Shown one piece after another: positions 45,159-59,265 of a stretch of 64,000 nucleotides of DNA. This stretch comes from Monocercomonoides exilis PA203 (lineage: Eukaryota > Protista > Preaxostyla): assembly GCA_001643675.2 (NCBI GenBank), contig LSRY02000023.1, positions 1,178,001 through 1,242,000 on the forward strand, written 5' to 3'. The notes under the pieces are model-generated. The model saw only the letters and a list, made by a program, of their open reading frames with translations. It did not search any database and had not been told where the DNA came from. Within the stretch, counting starts at the first letter, position 1, and each line of letters starts with the position of its first letter. A program made the position numbers and the translations under genes.

Positions 45159-46611
45159 ATGGAAATGTTTGATGAAGACAAATTTAATGGTGATATTAAG
45201 GAGCCGTCTCTTGCAAGCAAGTTTTCAAGTTTGTGAATTTTTTCTATTTTTTGAGTGTTCAGCGCTTTCTGTCATAAATAAATTCATTGAAGAATTGCTT
45301 TCTGAACTGAAAGAATGCAATGAAGATGAACAGAGAAAGAAAATCGGAGAAATGAATGAAATAGTTGATGAAATGAATATGAAAGAATTCGACTCCATTT
45401 TAACGATAGAATTGTTCAATAAAATTAACAATTTGATGAAAGAAAAGAAGCCATCATTTGATAATCCCTCAGTATGCTGAAACATTTTGGATATCACAAA
45501 ACGTTGTTGAATTTCCGGAATGACAGTTTTAACTATTCTTTACTTGATGACAAAGTTCAAAATATGATTGAAGAAGAGGATAAAAAAGAAGAAAAGAACG
45601 AAAGGCGTCTGATTGATCTCTGTGAATGCTATCTTTTGCTGAACGATGAAGAAATTCCTGATGAATTGCTTTCAATCATTGTGCCTTGCCTTCTGAAGAT
45701 TGCCTCGAAGAAAGACAAGACCGAAGAAATTCAGAAGGAAGTGGAAACAGCGTTGCTGGCTTTGGGCAATATTGGATTTTGGGTTTGAGAACCTTTTTCC
45801 CGTTTTGATATTGTTGAATTACATTTCCCCCCTTATTTCTGATTAGGAATTAGAAGAAGAACTGTATTTGAAGGAGATGAAAGATATCATCAATTATCAT
45901 CAAAAGCATCACAATCTGACACGACTTGCGTATCAATCTGCTTGGCAATTTTTTATATACAGATTCTTCAATGATGACAGCTTGGAAGAAGTGATTGCGA
46001 ATAAACTGCATTTTGCGAGAGAAGCAAGAAGAGAAATCGAAGAACTGACAAGATGCATTGACTGGAAGAGGAAAAAAGAGGGAAGAAGAAGGAAAGAAGC
46101 GAAAGAAGTTCGGATAATAAAGAGATGGATCCAAACATTTGAAAAATTTTTTCTATCATGCTCATTGTGGAATGAAGAATATGAAGAGATCATTGGGAGT
46201 ATTGTGAGGGTATTTCGAGCATCAAAGGATAAATACAGAGAAATTTGTAAGGGATGCATTTCTTCCTTGAGAAATGCAGCACAAAATAGAGACGTGAAAG
46301 TTGATGACTTGCTGAAAGGCAGAGCAGTTGATGCTGTTTTGGAGGAGATTCAGCGACCAACGTTGAATGGCAAAATTGCATTTGAAAGCTTGCAATTCTT
46401 TACGAATGTTTCAAGAAGATTGAAAGAAGAGGCGGATGGAGAAACTGATGAAGCGAAAAGAAAATTGGAAAAACGGAAAATATTTGAAAAGATGGAAGAA
46501 GATGGATACAAAGATAACATTTCATGCTTTCTTGAAACTTTAGAGCGTTTTAAAGGAAATAATAATTTTTTCGTATCTTTGAATATTTGTGATTATCTTG
46601 TGTATATTTGA
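45159..46611 (+). pseudogene. Helical E/K-rich family copy 2, frameshifted near 45470
   Basis: MEMFDEDKF...KFS|intron|LLSELKECNEDEQRKK; frame change between ...FDNPSV and LKHFGYHK; intron ~45783-45848; ends LNICDYLVYI*. Confidence 0.7.
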
Positions 46612-47042
46612 GGAAAAAAGAGGAATTTCACTTTGAATGCTAAAAATCAGAAGAACTGTAAAATAACAAACATTTTTTCCTTATCTAAAATTATTTTATA
46701 AAGGAAATTTCAGATTTGAAACAACAGAGTTTTTTTATTGAATGAGTTTGACGAATATTGGATTTTTTTTTAAAAAGCTGAAAATATTTCTTTCACAAAA
46801 AAATTAAATGAATATACCAAATTTAATTCTTTTGCTATTTCAGTTCTTATTTCTTATTTTAAATTATATTCTTTTTTACAAATGTTCCTTTTTCTTGAAA
46901 AGTCTTGATATTCTTTGAGAAAACATTTTCATCTATTTTTCATATCATAATTCCTTTATTTCTCAAGTGAATGAGTGTTCTTCACAAAAAATAATAAAAT
47001 GGAAATGCAAAAAGATGAAGTGAATGAAAGAAATCAGATAAA

Positions 47043-48480
47043 CTACAAATACACAAAATAATTCGAACAATTCTTAATCAAATGAATATCGCCAAACTCC
47101 CATTTATAAATACGATAGCACAATCTGATGATGATATCTTCATATCCTTCTTCTTCCAATTTGTCAAATACCTTCCTTTTCAACTCTTTTCTTTCCTCTT
47201 CTTCCATTTCGCCTTCAACCTTCACAATAAATAACCTTGAAATAGATTCAAAAATTTCCATGAAATCTTTTCTCATTTCGTCATCCAGTGTTGGCCGCTG
47301 AACCTCCTCCAAAATAATATTAACAGCTCCTCCTTTCAATAAGTCTACAACCTCCGCTGTTCTGTTTTTCACTGATCTGTTAAACGTTTCGACACATTGC
47401 AAGCAAATATCCTGACAATTATTCTTCACTGCTCGATATGCACTTGCGATGCTTCCAATGAGCCTATCACGCTCTTCACTCAATTCGAATAACGATAAGT
47501 AATAACCAATTGCAGCCAGCCATCTCATCAATGCAAGCTCTTCTTTCGCTTCTTTTCCTCTTTCCTCTACTTTTTTTCTTTCCCAATCAATACACCTTGC
47601 CAGCTCTTCCAACTCTCTTGCTACTTCATTCACAAAATGCAGTTCATTCACAATCACTTCTTTCAAGCTTTCGTCTTTGTTTAATCTGTATATTAAAAAT
47701 TGCCAAGCAGACTGATAGGCGAGTCGTGTCATATTGCGATGCTTCTGATGATATTTAATGATTTCTGTTATTTCCTTCAAATACACTTTTTGTTCGATAT
47801 ACTTACAAGAAATTAGATTTAAAAAAAGCAAACATGATAAAAATGAAAAAGAAGTGTTCAGACATGACATAGTGGAGCGTTCCTCAAAGCTAGCATAGCT
47901 ATTTCTACTTCTTTTTGCATTTCCATGTTCTCTTCTTTCCTCAATGCAACTTTCAGAAGGTAAGAAACACAGACTGAATTTAATTCTGGTGGGAAATAGA
48001 AGCTCAAAGAGGTATAGAATTCACAAAGATCAACAAGAAGCTTTTCGTTTTTTCCTTCTTTTTTCTGTTCTTCATTAATAATCATCTTCTCAATTCTTCT
48101 GCTCAGCGAAGATTCTTTAAAGTGTATATTCCATATATATTTCATCACTTTGTTATATCCAATGCGCTTCAATAACAACAATGCATTTTCCATTGACATT
48201 TTCTTTTCTTCAATCACGTTGTCTATTTTATTGAACAATTCTTCTGTGAAAATAGATTCAAATTCTTCTTCATTCATTTCATCTAATGTATTGCTCATTT
48301 CTTCGATTTTTTGTTTCTGCTCAGCGTCGGTGCATTTTTCCAATTGCAACAGTTTTTCTTTAAAATTGGAAAATAAAGCAATAAATCATCTTAACAATCG
48401 TTTTCTCATAATATAGACATACCAAGAAATACACGTTTTGCTGAAAAAGACTGTGCAATGGTTAAATGATTTCAAAACAA
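47043..48480 (-). CDS. Helical E/K-rich family copy 3, diverged, intron-containing
   Basis: QLEKCTDAEQKQKIEEM, KYHQKHRNMTRLAYQSAWQF, EEVQRPTL; intron ~47804-47863. Start codon uncertain. Confidence 0.75.
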
Positions 48481-48699
48481 TTTATAAATTCATTTTCAAA
48501 ATATTCGTTGAATATTCGCATCAAATGAATTAAAAATACCAAGCCAAAATTGTTAAAAAAAACACAGGATTCGAAACCTCTTTTGGCATCACTGATTTTT
48601 GCATCAAAACAAGAAAATCTATGAAACAAAATAATCTTCTTTCTTGGAAAGTAAATAAGGGTTCACAACCTATAATTTTATAAGTGAAGATTTTTAATT

Positions 48700-49900
48700 T
48701 TTGATTGTCTGCAGCCAGAGCATGTTTGAGTGATTGGACACAAGCCCACGAATGCATCCATGCGAATTATAGCATTGCAGAAGAATAGGAATTTTATTTG
48801 CAGATGGAGGAGCGAGTGGCTGTATGCATCGATTGTTTGCGAAAAGGAAATTGATAGGGGAAACTGCACGAAATTTGAACTTGGTTGTATATTGCAAAAC
48901 ATATGGTGTAACATCTGCTGCGATGTTTTGAATGAGGAACAACTCAAGCAAGATGCAGAAAAAACGGGCAGAATGCGAGAGAGATAGAATTGAACCGCTT
49001 GTTCATTTTGTGGGAAATATTGTGTACTTGGCATATCTTTTGCCCAGGACTTGTTTGACATGGGCTTATTGGGGGGAAGATTTTATTTGTGGAAAAGGAA
49101 AGGGAATTTGGGATTAAACAATGAAGGAAGCGAGTTGAACAAAGCACTCAACAGGCCTTGACAACAAACGCATTGCCATTTACACGAATCCTACTGGCAT
49201 GCTGTCAGCAAAGACATGACGTTGAATAAGTCTTTGAAAAGGAGTTCATTACTTTATCATTTGGATAATATAATCTTTCAGTTGCATCATTATCGGTTTC
49301 ATAAAGGATTTTCTGCTTTCGATGATGTTCTTTGCCAACCATTTGTTATCCAGTAGTCTGTTTTTTTATGTGGTGAAAGGCAATTTTGGAGAGCAAAAAA
49401 GCCAGCTGGGCTGATAATTACCAATCCATTGGAGATGGGAAAATATTTCAAGACCACAAAAATGGTTTGACTGTTTTTGTTTTGTTCATTTTTCTTTTAA
49501 GATGTTCTTTGAATGAATACAGATTGGTTACGAACAGGAATACCATTGAATGAAGCCTTTTTATCCTTTTTCAAAAGATTCAGAAGTTTTGGAATTATTC
49601 ATGTTTGGATTGCTTTCAACGACTTCATTCATGGCTTCCTCCATCTGTCTTGCATACTGCATAACCAGACAACGTTTAAGATAAGCTTTAAAGAGAGAAA
49701 AAGCAGTTTGTTTGGTTTTTTTGTTGAGAATGTTTGTCAGAAGCGACTCATTTGTTGGGGCTGATGATCTGGCTGGGCATTCACATTCAGAAAGCATCCA
49801 ACTTTTTTGTGATTCATCATTTCTCCGTCATTTCCAAGAATTGTTAGATGTGAACAGCCATTTTAATGCTTTCATTACAAGATTCAAAATTCTGTGAAAA
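48700..49900 (+). mobile_element. Possible heavily decayed KDZ (Kyakuja-Dileera-Zisupton)-like transposase relic
   Basis: Motif order across frameshifts: IVC..EIDRGNCTK, TACSF, KYCVLGISFA..TC.*HGL, HHYRFHK, CGERQFW. Reminiscent of KDZ DGN / C.RHG / FH..H / GE..ER.W. No termini found. Confidence 0.3.
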
Positions 49901-50703
49901 TTACAGAATTGGATGAAATGCGATAGGAATAATGTAATTTTTAACAGAAGAAATAATTGGAATACTTCCAAAAAGAGAAGAGAAAAAGGGGGGAAGATGC
50001 AGCGATTGACAAGAAAACTACGGAAAAATCATTGAGGATGAAGAGAAAGAGGAAGAAGAAGAAGAAAGAAAAGATAAACCTTCATTTTTGAAGATTACTC
50101 CACTTTTCATGAAGCGAAGATCGAAAAGTACAAAAGAGAAGAAACAGAATACTTCGAAATCAGCTTTGAGAAAAGAAGAAGAAAAATATTTGAATTAATT
50201 TAAAATGTGAGCTTCCAAACAGATCAGCAGAAAAGGGGAATTTTCATGGAGAAAAATGAAAAAAGTTGAAAAGAAGAAAAAATATCATTAAAACAATAGC
50301 GGGGAAAATCAAGTGAAGAGGTATGTTTATCCGGATGCTGCTAATTCTCAGGATGTGGTTCTCGAATATTTACAAGCAGGATTTTGAGGATGTCAGCAGA
50401 AGAAGCATGAAAGATGAAGGAAAATGAGAAAGAATACGCATTTTCCATATTGAGGGATGTGATGGGGAACAGAATTTACTGAGAAAAGAGAGATAGAGAG
50501 GAAAGATTGAACTGATAAAGTTGAAGAAAGAAGGGGGGAAATGAATGGAAATGAGGATAAGGAAGAAGAAAAGAAAGAAAAATGGAAATGGAAAAAGAGA
50601 AAGAGAATGATAAACAAAAGGAATTTGCATATTTCTTTCAACCAAACAGCATTTATATGCTCAGAAAAATGCATTTCCTTTCCAATTACACTTCGTAATC
50701 AAA

Positions 50704-50811
50704 TCTTCTTCTTCCTCTTCCTCCTCCTCCTCTTCTTCCTCTTCTTCCTCTTCCTCCTCCTCTTATTCTTCTTCTTCTTCCTCCTCCTCTTCTTCTTCTT
50801 CTTCTTCTTCT

Positions 50812-50843
<32 letters not shown>
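50704..50843. repeat. Compound trinucleotide repeat (CTT/CTC)n followed by (CTG)9
   Basis: Directly visible; further (CAT)n(CTT)n at ~50890-50950. Confidence 0.95.
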
Positions 50844-50844
<1 letters not shown>

Positions 50845-51807
50845 TACTCTGCTCCTATTTGACGTGTTACATCTGATTGAAATGCTATTTCATCATCATC
50901 ATCATCTTCTTCTTCTTCTTCTTCAAATTCTTCAAATTCTTCTTCTTCTCGTCCTCTTTCTTGTACCTCTCTCCGATTTTATTCTCCTTTTTCTTCGATC
51001 GCTGCTGGTTAAGCCCAGCCTTCCCGTTCTGCATCGAAGGAATGAAGGCGTACATGTAAATGGGGGAATAATAAGTAAATAAAGAAAGAAAGAAAATATT
51101 GTTTTTAATTTATTTTATTTTTTTTTTCAATAAGAAAATAAAGAAAAGTTTATTTATTCGTTTCTTTCTTTCTTTTGAGTGATAAAAAATACAAAGATTC
51201 AAAACAAAATAAATTAAAATTCATTTTAAAGCAATTTTTTTCGAAGATTCATGATTCATTTCGTTTTCAAAAATGAATATTTTCCTCCAATGCAATTATA
51301 AAACTGACTGTTTGCAACAAATTTTCAAAATAATTCATAAATTCCTATGTTTTCGTTGTTGTATGTTGATAAACCTTCGACAAATTCATTCATTTGCATT
51401 GTTTTTTACATTTTTTTTTGAAAAAAAATAAGATTCAATAAAAATGTTGTCTCTTCATGTTCAGCCACAATACATTGAGACATTCACAAGTACTAGCAAA
51501 AGGCACTTATAAAAAAAGAAAAAGGCATCACAACTTCAACTTAATGTCACATAAAATATGAAACAAGAAAAATGTTCAATACTTTGAACAAATAACTGCA
51601 AAATCATAAAATACTGACATACATAAAATATCGCAATGAGAAGAAATTTAAATGTGTCAAATTAAGAAAATATCAACAGTGAATATTTTTGATTTCGAAA
51701 CAAAAACATTCCATTCACACGATATTTTCAAAAATTATTAATGAAGAAATCTTTTTAAAAAAGAGATCTTCAATAAATATGAACTTAAATGAATATACAT
51801 AGAAATT

Positions 51808-54800
51808 CTATTCACTTAGACTTTGGATAAGACCATTAAATGCGGAACTTGGATTTGCCAATAGGTTCGCAGGAGAGTCAAGCTCAGAAACATGCCCTTG
51901 GTCCATCACCATGATTCTATCACAATTCATAATGGTGTTCAGACGGTGAGCAATGATAATCATCGTTTGGCTGCTAAAGACTCTGCGAATGGTCTTCTGT
52001 ATTTTGGCATCAGTCTCCACATCCACATTTGCTGTTGCCTCGTCCATCACAACAATCTTGCATTGATTCAGCATCGCCCTTCCAAAGCAAATAAGTTGGC
52101 GCTGCCCGCAGCTGAAGTTGTTTCCTCCCTCAGACATTTGCGTGTCTAGCCCAAACTCCATTCCCAAAACAACTTCTTTCATCTCAATCAGATCAAGCAC
52201 TTCCCATATCTCATCGTCGCTGCACTTGCTCCCAATGTCCAAATTATATCTGAGTGTCCCTGTGAATAGCGTGGGGTCCTGTGGTATAATTGCAATTGAT
52301 CTCCGCACTCTGCCAAGGTCGACCTTAGAGATGTCGATGCCATCGATTAAAACCCTTCCTTTGTTAGGCTCTTCATCGGGCGCATCCACAGGCTTTCCTG
52401 TCTCCATATCTATCATTATGGGCTGCAGCGAAGGATCCAACTCTACAAGTCTAAACAGCGCAAACAGCAGAGATGTCTTCCCGGCACCTGTCCTCCCGCA
52501 CACCCCAATCTTTTCTCCGCCAGCAAACGAGAAGTTCACATCCTGCAGAACATACGGAAGGCCAGGACGATATCTGAACGTCACATGCTCAAAGTTGACA
52601 TTCCCTTTCTGCGGCCAGTCAGCAGGAGGTTCAATAGCAACCTTCTTGTTGATCTTTGAATACTCCAATTCCTGAGGCAGATGTGAAGAATAGAAATCCA
52701 ATCTCTGGTATGAAGTCATTCTTGACTCAAGATCAACAGATTCCATCACCATAAACGAGCCCAAGAACGAAAATGTCATCGAAGCGGTGATAGCTACACT
52801 CAGAATGGACGGCTCCATGTAGAACCATCCCAGAATAATCACGCCAGTTGAGAATATGATTGTTACAAGCTGCGTGTACATATCAGCCCAGGATTTTCCT
52901 TCCAAGTACAGCACATACCGTACTGACCAATCATCATTTGCCTTGTAGAACTTCTGTCTCCAGCTTTCTTCCAAATGGAATGCTCGAATTGTAGACAAAC
53001 CTGCTCCATTAACGGTCTCACCGAAGATTGAAAGCACAGGCGAGCGAGAAATAGCTTCCAGTCTTTGAAGGTTACGAGCTGCACGTGCGTAAAGAACATA
53101 AATCACAAAGTACGCCAATACCGCTGGCAGCCCAACTGCCAGGAAGACCGGAGTGTCAATTGCAATAATCACAACTTGTCCAATGATTCCTATCACCAGG
53201 TTTATCACTTGGATTAACAGTCCAAACAGAGATGTATCCACCTGGGACATATCTCCTGTGAATCTATTCAGGATTCTTCCCATCGGAGTTGTGTCGAAGA
53301 AAGAAGGCGGACAGTGCATAACATTCTTCAGCAGCGTGTTGTGAATGATATGAACAGAACGAACAACTGCAAAGCCAGAGACAACTGCCCTCAGCGATTG
53401 GAAGATGAACCCAAACACGCACATTAATCCATACATTCCAATCTTCCATCCATAAGGAATCACATCCAACTTTAAAGGATTCCCCACAATGCCCAGCCAG
53501 TATGACTGGAATATCTGTGTTCCTTCAGCAATAATAGCCAAAAGAATGTAGATAATAAATCCCCACCATGGGAACAACGAGCTCACATAGGAGACGTAGT
53601 TGGAAATAGGCACTGCTTCCGTCTCGAACTCTTCCTCTGTGATAATCTGCTTTCCTGCTTCTGCTCCTTTTCCCTCCAAATCTTTCGCTGTGGCACCAGT
53701 CGATTGGTCACTCTTTGCATGATGCTTATAATGGTCTGAATGTTTGTGTGTCTTTCCCGTTTTCTTCTCCATCTTCTCGCCTTCTTTGCCTTCTTCTCCT
53801 TCTTGCTTCTCATTTCCTTCCTCTTCTTCCTCTTCCCCATCGCTTTCGCTATCTTCTTCGTCTTCTCCTTCTTTGTGCTTCTTATCCTTCTTGCCCTTCT
53901 TTTTGATGATGAATTGGCTAAAATCAATCCCTTGTGCCAGCAAATCTTCGTATTTCCCCTGTGCAGAAATATGCCCATGCTTCAAAAGAATAATGTTATC
54001 AGCACGATCCAAAAATTGCAGCTGGTTCGTCATCAGCAGTCTCGTCTTATCCTTCAGCTGGCCGCAAATGCATTCCTCCAGCAGATACCTCCCCACATGT
54101 GCATCGACTGCTGAAAGAGGATCATCCAAAATGTAGATGTCTCTGTCTGAATACACAGCACGCGCTAGTTGAATACGAGCTTTTTGCCCACCGCTCAGAT
54201 TCACTCCTTTCTCTCCAATGGCTGTTTGGTCGCCAGCAGACAAAGTCCTGAAATCAGGCTCCAACGCACACACACGCACCACATTCAGATACTTCTCTTC
54301 CTCATAAAACGATCCAAAGATGATATTGCCTCTAACAGTGCTGTTGTTGATCCACGCCACTTGTGGGCAATACGCAATAGAGCCACGATATCTCACTTCT
54401 CCTTCCAATCTGTCCATATCTCCTATGATCGCTGCCCCGATAGAAGACTTGCCAGACCCCACTCCGCCCACAACCATCGTCAAAGATCCCTTTGGAAGGG
54501 TGATGTTCACAGACTGCAGAGCAATCTTGTTGCGACTCGACGGTGTGGCTGAAGGAGAAGGTGAAGGAGATGGAGAACTTGATGGTGCTGTTGAAGGGGA
54601 TAGCGTCGAAGACTGAGCAGAAATGACAGGTGTTGTGTTTTCTTGAGCGCTTCCTTTCTCATCTTTTGGTTGATCTGAGAGAGTGAATACAGAAGGCTGC
54701 GCATCTGAAGCTGTTGTTGCAACTGGCGCAGAAATTGTTGTTGATTGGGTCACAACAGCTGGCTCATTGTTCTCCTCTGGAGCTGATTCAGAAGTCTTAG

Positions 54801-56750
54801 CTAAGCCAGATGCTGTTTCTGTATTTGTTTCCTCTTTCTTTTCCTCTTTCTTTTCCTCTTTTGTTTCTTCTACCTTCTCAGCTGTTGAAGAGGAAGAAGA
54901 AGTTGATGATGATGCTTTGTCCTCGTCAAAGATAGTTGGAATTGGAGTCTGTTCTGATTTAACGTTATCCTTCTGATCTCCTTGATTATCGTTGTTTGCC
55001 TTTGCGCCATCTTTTTTCTCCGCAATTTGCTTCGCATTCTCCATTTTCCTGCGTTCCGCTTCTTCCTTCAATTTCATCTTCTCGTCCATTGATAAAGGAA
55101 TTTCTGGAAAATCGCCCCATTTGAACGTTCCGTTTGTGATTGTCAAAGCAACTTCTGCGTCACTTGGCTCGTTGATCACTTCCTTCTTCAATTCTGGTAA
55201 AATGAGGAAATCTCTAATACGTTTTTGGCTAACATGAACCATTGCTGTGCCTTGCAAATACGTTGGAATCATATTCGTTTCTCGTGTCATCATTGTCAAA
55301 AACCCGATGTTCGGCATCACTTTCACAGGGAAGTCGAACTGGTCAACATTGTAAATTGCAATGTATGTGCCGAATGTAGCAATGTTCACCAAAGGCGGCA
55401 TAGCTCTTATCATCCCTGACATGAATTGTTGCCAGAATGTAAAGACGAAAACATCTCTCTCTTGCTTTCTTCTTGGAATTTCAATTTTATTGATAAACAC
55501 TTGCTCTAACCCTGTGAACTTCACCACGCGCATCCCTTGCAAGGTTTCGTTGGTGACTTTGTTTCTATCATCGTTGTGGCTCAGATACTTCTTCAAGCTT
55601 CCAGCCAAAAGTGATGATAAAAACACTTGGACGGGGAAGAATAAAAATAGTATTATAAGAGACATAATACCTACCCATCCAAAATCAATGCACACAAAAA
55701 CGAATGGTATGATGAGTTCAATGGGAATAAAAGCAAGCATAAACGGCATCCAAATCATATAACAAATATTTTGAGTATCTGCAGCAAGTAATGACAAAAG
55801 TCGCCCCGTATCAACATTGCTTTGCGATGTTATGTTCAGCAAAAGGGTTTTGTTGTAAATCATTCCACTTAATGCTGACTTTGCATTTGCGCAATAATGG
55901 AAAAAAAATCTTAATTTAAATGAATTAATTATGTTCATGAAAGGGAAAAGGATAAGAATGATAGCCGGTGCATAAGGAAATGTTTCATTAGGATTGAAAA
56001 CTTTCCGTGCAACAACTTCAAGAATAAGTTTCATCATGTAAGGTTGAACGAAATAACTTGCATAGCTTGAGAACGAAAAAAATTACTTTTTGATTATTAA
56101 AAAAAAAAATAGTGAATTCAAACATAAGAACAATCAAAGACGTTGCTGCAACCAATTTATATGTTCCAACTCCAAAAAGCAATGCTGCAGCAAGTGACGG
56201 CTTTGAAGGTTCTTTCATCTTTGTGCTATAAAGAATAAATACTAAGATTGAAAAATATCGCAATTAAATTCATATCATCATACTTAGGATTCCTGGATTT
56301 TTCTTGATCGTACTCCTCAAACTTTTTAACATAATCAGTATATCGTTTCATCCAGTATTCTTCCGCATTTTTTGTTGTTACTGATGTAAGATCTGATTTT
56401 TGTGTTTCATAAATATCTTCATCCTCAATAGGCTTGCAACGGAACACAAATTGAAAGTAGAAACAGTAAAACACGTTGCAGCAACACCAATGCGCTTCTT
56501 CAGTGTTCCTCCTGCGTTTGATCTCAGTCTTTGAAGTTTGTGATTTCTTCTTTTCTTCAATGAATACATGTTCAGGAGGTGCGGACATCGATGGCTCTTG
56601 ATTTGTCATTGAAGAAGGAGAAGAAGGGGGTGTTATTTTCGATCGTTCCTGGAACTTTTGTGGGGCATATTGAACTATTGATATTTCAGACGTTGCAGAT
56701 TCTGAATCGTGTTCTTGAACATCTGTAAATGCTGCGGATGGTTCATGCAT
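51808..56750 (-). CDS. ABC transporter, subfamily C (MRP-like; TMD-NBD-TMD-NBD), two 5' introns (~56227-56282, ~56067-56121)
   Basis: NBD1: GGVGSGKSS, NLSGGQKAR, YILDDPLSAVDAHVG. NBD2: GRTGAGKTS, NFSCGQRQL, VMDEATANVD, IAHRL. FFDTTPMGRILNRF is ABCC-typical. Confidence 0.95.
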
Positions 56751-57157
56751 CTTCTGCAAAAATATTTTTGAATTATTAAACCAATTTAAAAGCTTGTTTT
56801 AAAAATTCGTTTTCCTTATAATCTAATAATGGGCCCATTCCCATAAACGAAATTAATTCCATTTCAAGTTTCGATTTCAGTTTTATTCATCAATTCGTCC
56901 TGAAAATAAAATTTTTATCGATATTGAAAGTTATTATCGTTTTAAAAAATTCTTTTTCTTATTTTAAGTTCAATCACAGAAAGAAATTGTTTCTTTTCTT
57001 TATTTGAGAAAATATCATTTCGTCATGATAACCAAGGAATTAATAAAGTTCTCAAAAGTGACTCTTATAACTTTCTATTAATAAAACATTATTGGTGTAA
57101 ATTTTTTCACAATGAAACGAAATCCAATAATTTTTTTATAAATAAAGATGCTTCACC

Positions 57158-58186
57158 ATTTATTATTCAAATTTGGTAAACTTATAATTCGAAATTGGAC
57201 AACAAATTATTCAAAATTAATAAAATTGTGTATTTTTTGAGAAAAATTTTTGTGAAAAATCTGTTTTTGGATGAGTGTTGGAAAGTGATTAAAATATTAA
57301 ATTTTTTCATTCTTGATAAAAAGGATGAGAAAATGAACCTCTATTTTTGTAATTTGTGAATATACATGAAGTTTTTTGATATTTCAGAAAAATATCATCT
57401 TCATGGGAATCGGATAATTTTCAAATGATTTCACCACACATTGTGAGATTACACATTAAACAATCACGATTTGTTATTAATATTTAAACATATTTAAAAA
57501 ATCAATAAAAAACAAATAAAAAATTCTGGAGGCGCATTCATGGATTTATTCAATAATGAAAATTATTAAAATTCAGTTTGTGGAATAGATGCAACTAATA
57601 TGGGGGAAAATATGGACTTTCAAGCTTTTTTTGCACCAGGCATAGAAAAATTGCTTCGCTAATAACTTTATTTCACTTTCTCAGATTTCATTATAAATTT
57701 GATTTTCAGATCCGTTAACAGGCATCATTGAAATCAAAACAAAAAGTTTTCCAACATTTCACGAATGTCAAAAAATGAACTCAGTTTTGTTGTGTTTTTT
57801 GATCTCAAAAAATCAATGAAAAGTGCATAATTTTTCAATGAAAATGCATGAAATGAAATATTTTGTCCCATATATTTTGATTATGCAATGTGTAATCTCA
57901 CAATGTGTGGTGAAATCATTTGAAAATTATCCGATTCCCATGAAGATGATATTTTTCTGAAATATCAAAAAACTTCATGTATATTCACAAATTACAAAAA
58001 TAGAGGTTCATTTTCTCATCCTTTTTATCAAGAATGAAAAAATTTAATATTTTAATCACTTTCCAACACTCATCCAAAAACAGATTTTTCACAAAAATTT
58101 TTCTCAAAAAATACACAATTTTATTAATTTTGAATAATTTGTTGTCCAATTTCGAATTATAAGTTTACCAAATTTGAATAATAAAT
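57158..58186. repeat. 300 bp inverted repeat (57158-57457 / 57887-58186) with 429 bp spacer; foldback or MITE-like
   Basis: No mismatch found between the arms on reading; non-coding and AT-rich; no clear TSD. Confidence 0.93.
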
Positions 58187-59265
58187 TGTGTAAATTCTTT
58201 CATTCAATTAAATTTTATTTTCACTCTTATTAAATAAAAATGTGATATTAATTTTTCAAAATGATGATAATGATCGTTGTTGTCTTTTGAAATGAAATAT
58301 TTTATAATTTGTTTGATTATTTTTGAAATAATAAAGATTTTTGTTGTTTTGATTTTATTTAAAGTGTGTGGGCTTTTGCAAACGTGCGGGTTTTGCACCA
58401 AACTATTAGAGTATTTTGTCTTTAACTTGTTGTATTAATGAGAATGAGAAATGCATTTCAACTGATATAAAAAAAAAGTGATTGAGATGAGTTCATAATT
58501 GAAATATCAGACTATGTGGTTGACACCTTTCAGTGTTCATTAATAATTGTTCAAGGCAAATTTCGGAACAGATTTTTTTTCAGAAATATATTTGATGCCC
58601 AAAATTATCACCAGAATAGCTAATCGTTTTATAAATTTACCTTTCATTCGGCTTTTGATTAAAATTTCAATCTCAATGGTATTTTTAATAATTGAACTAA
58701 ACTGATAATTCACGTTGTATATGATATTGTTATTACAGAAACGAATTTTTTACAAAAATCCCGTTGAGATTAAAATTTTTATCAAAACTCGAAAGTGAGT
58801 TTAAATTCCAAAAGGATCAACCATGTGTTTACTTTGTTTGAATTAAAAGATTATAAAATGTTGGTAAGAGGGAACATAGCGACCGGTATAAAAATTGTGT
58901 TAAAGAAGAACTATTGACCTTGAAAACCCTATTTTCCGATGTTAAATTCTCAAATAGGAGAAACATTCAATTAAAAACTGAAAATTTTTAGTATTTAAAA
59001 GCAGGAGTTATCAAAAATTAATGATCAAACCACTAAGATATATTAGAGAAATAATTTCTATTAGGTTTTTATTGGAAATAAAGATTTTCTCCTTGTCAAT
59101 GTGGTTATTAGTGTTGTTTTAAAACGAAAATTTATAATTTAATCAACTTATTTGGGTTTTTTTATTTTATGTGGGGAAGTTTTCTAAATTAAAATTCTTG
59201 TTGGATTTGAAAAATAGGTTTTCTCAGTTTTGAATCACTGTAATTCTAAAATCACTTTAGAAATA

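Noticed and set aside
50541-51082. Poly-F/C/L ORFs as membrane proteins
   Set aside because: Translations of trinucleotide microsatellites.
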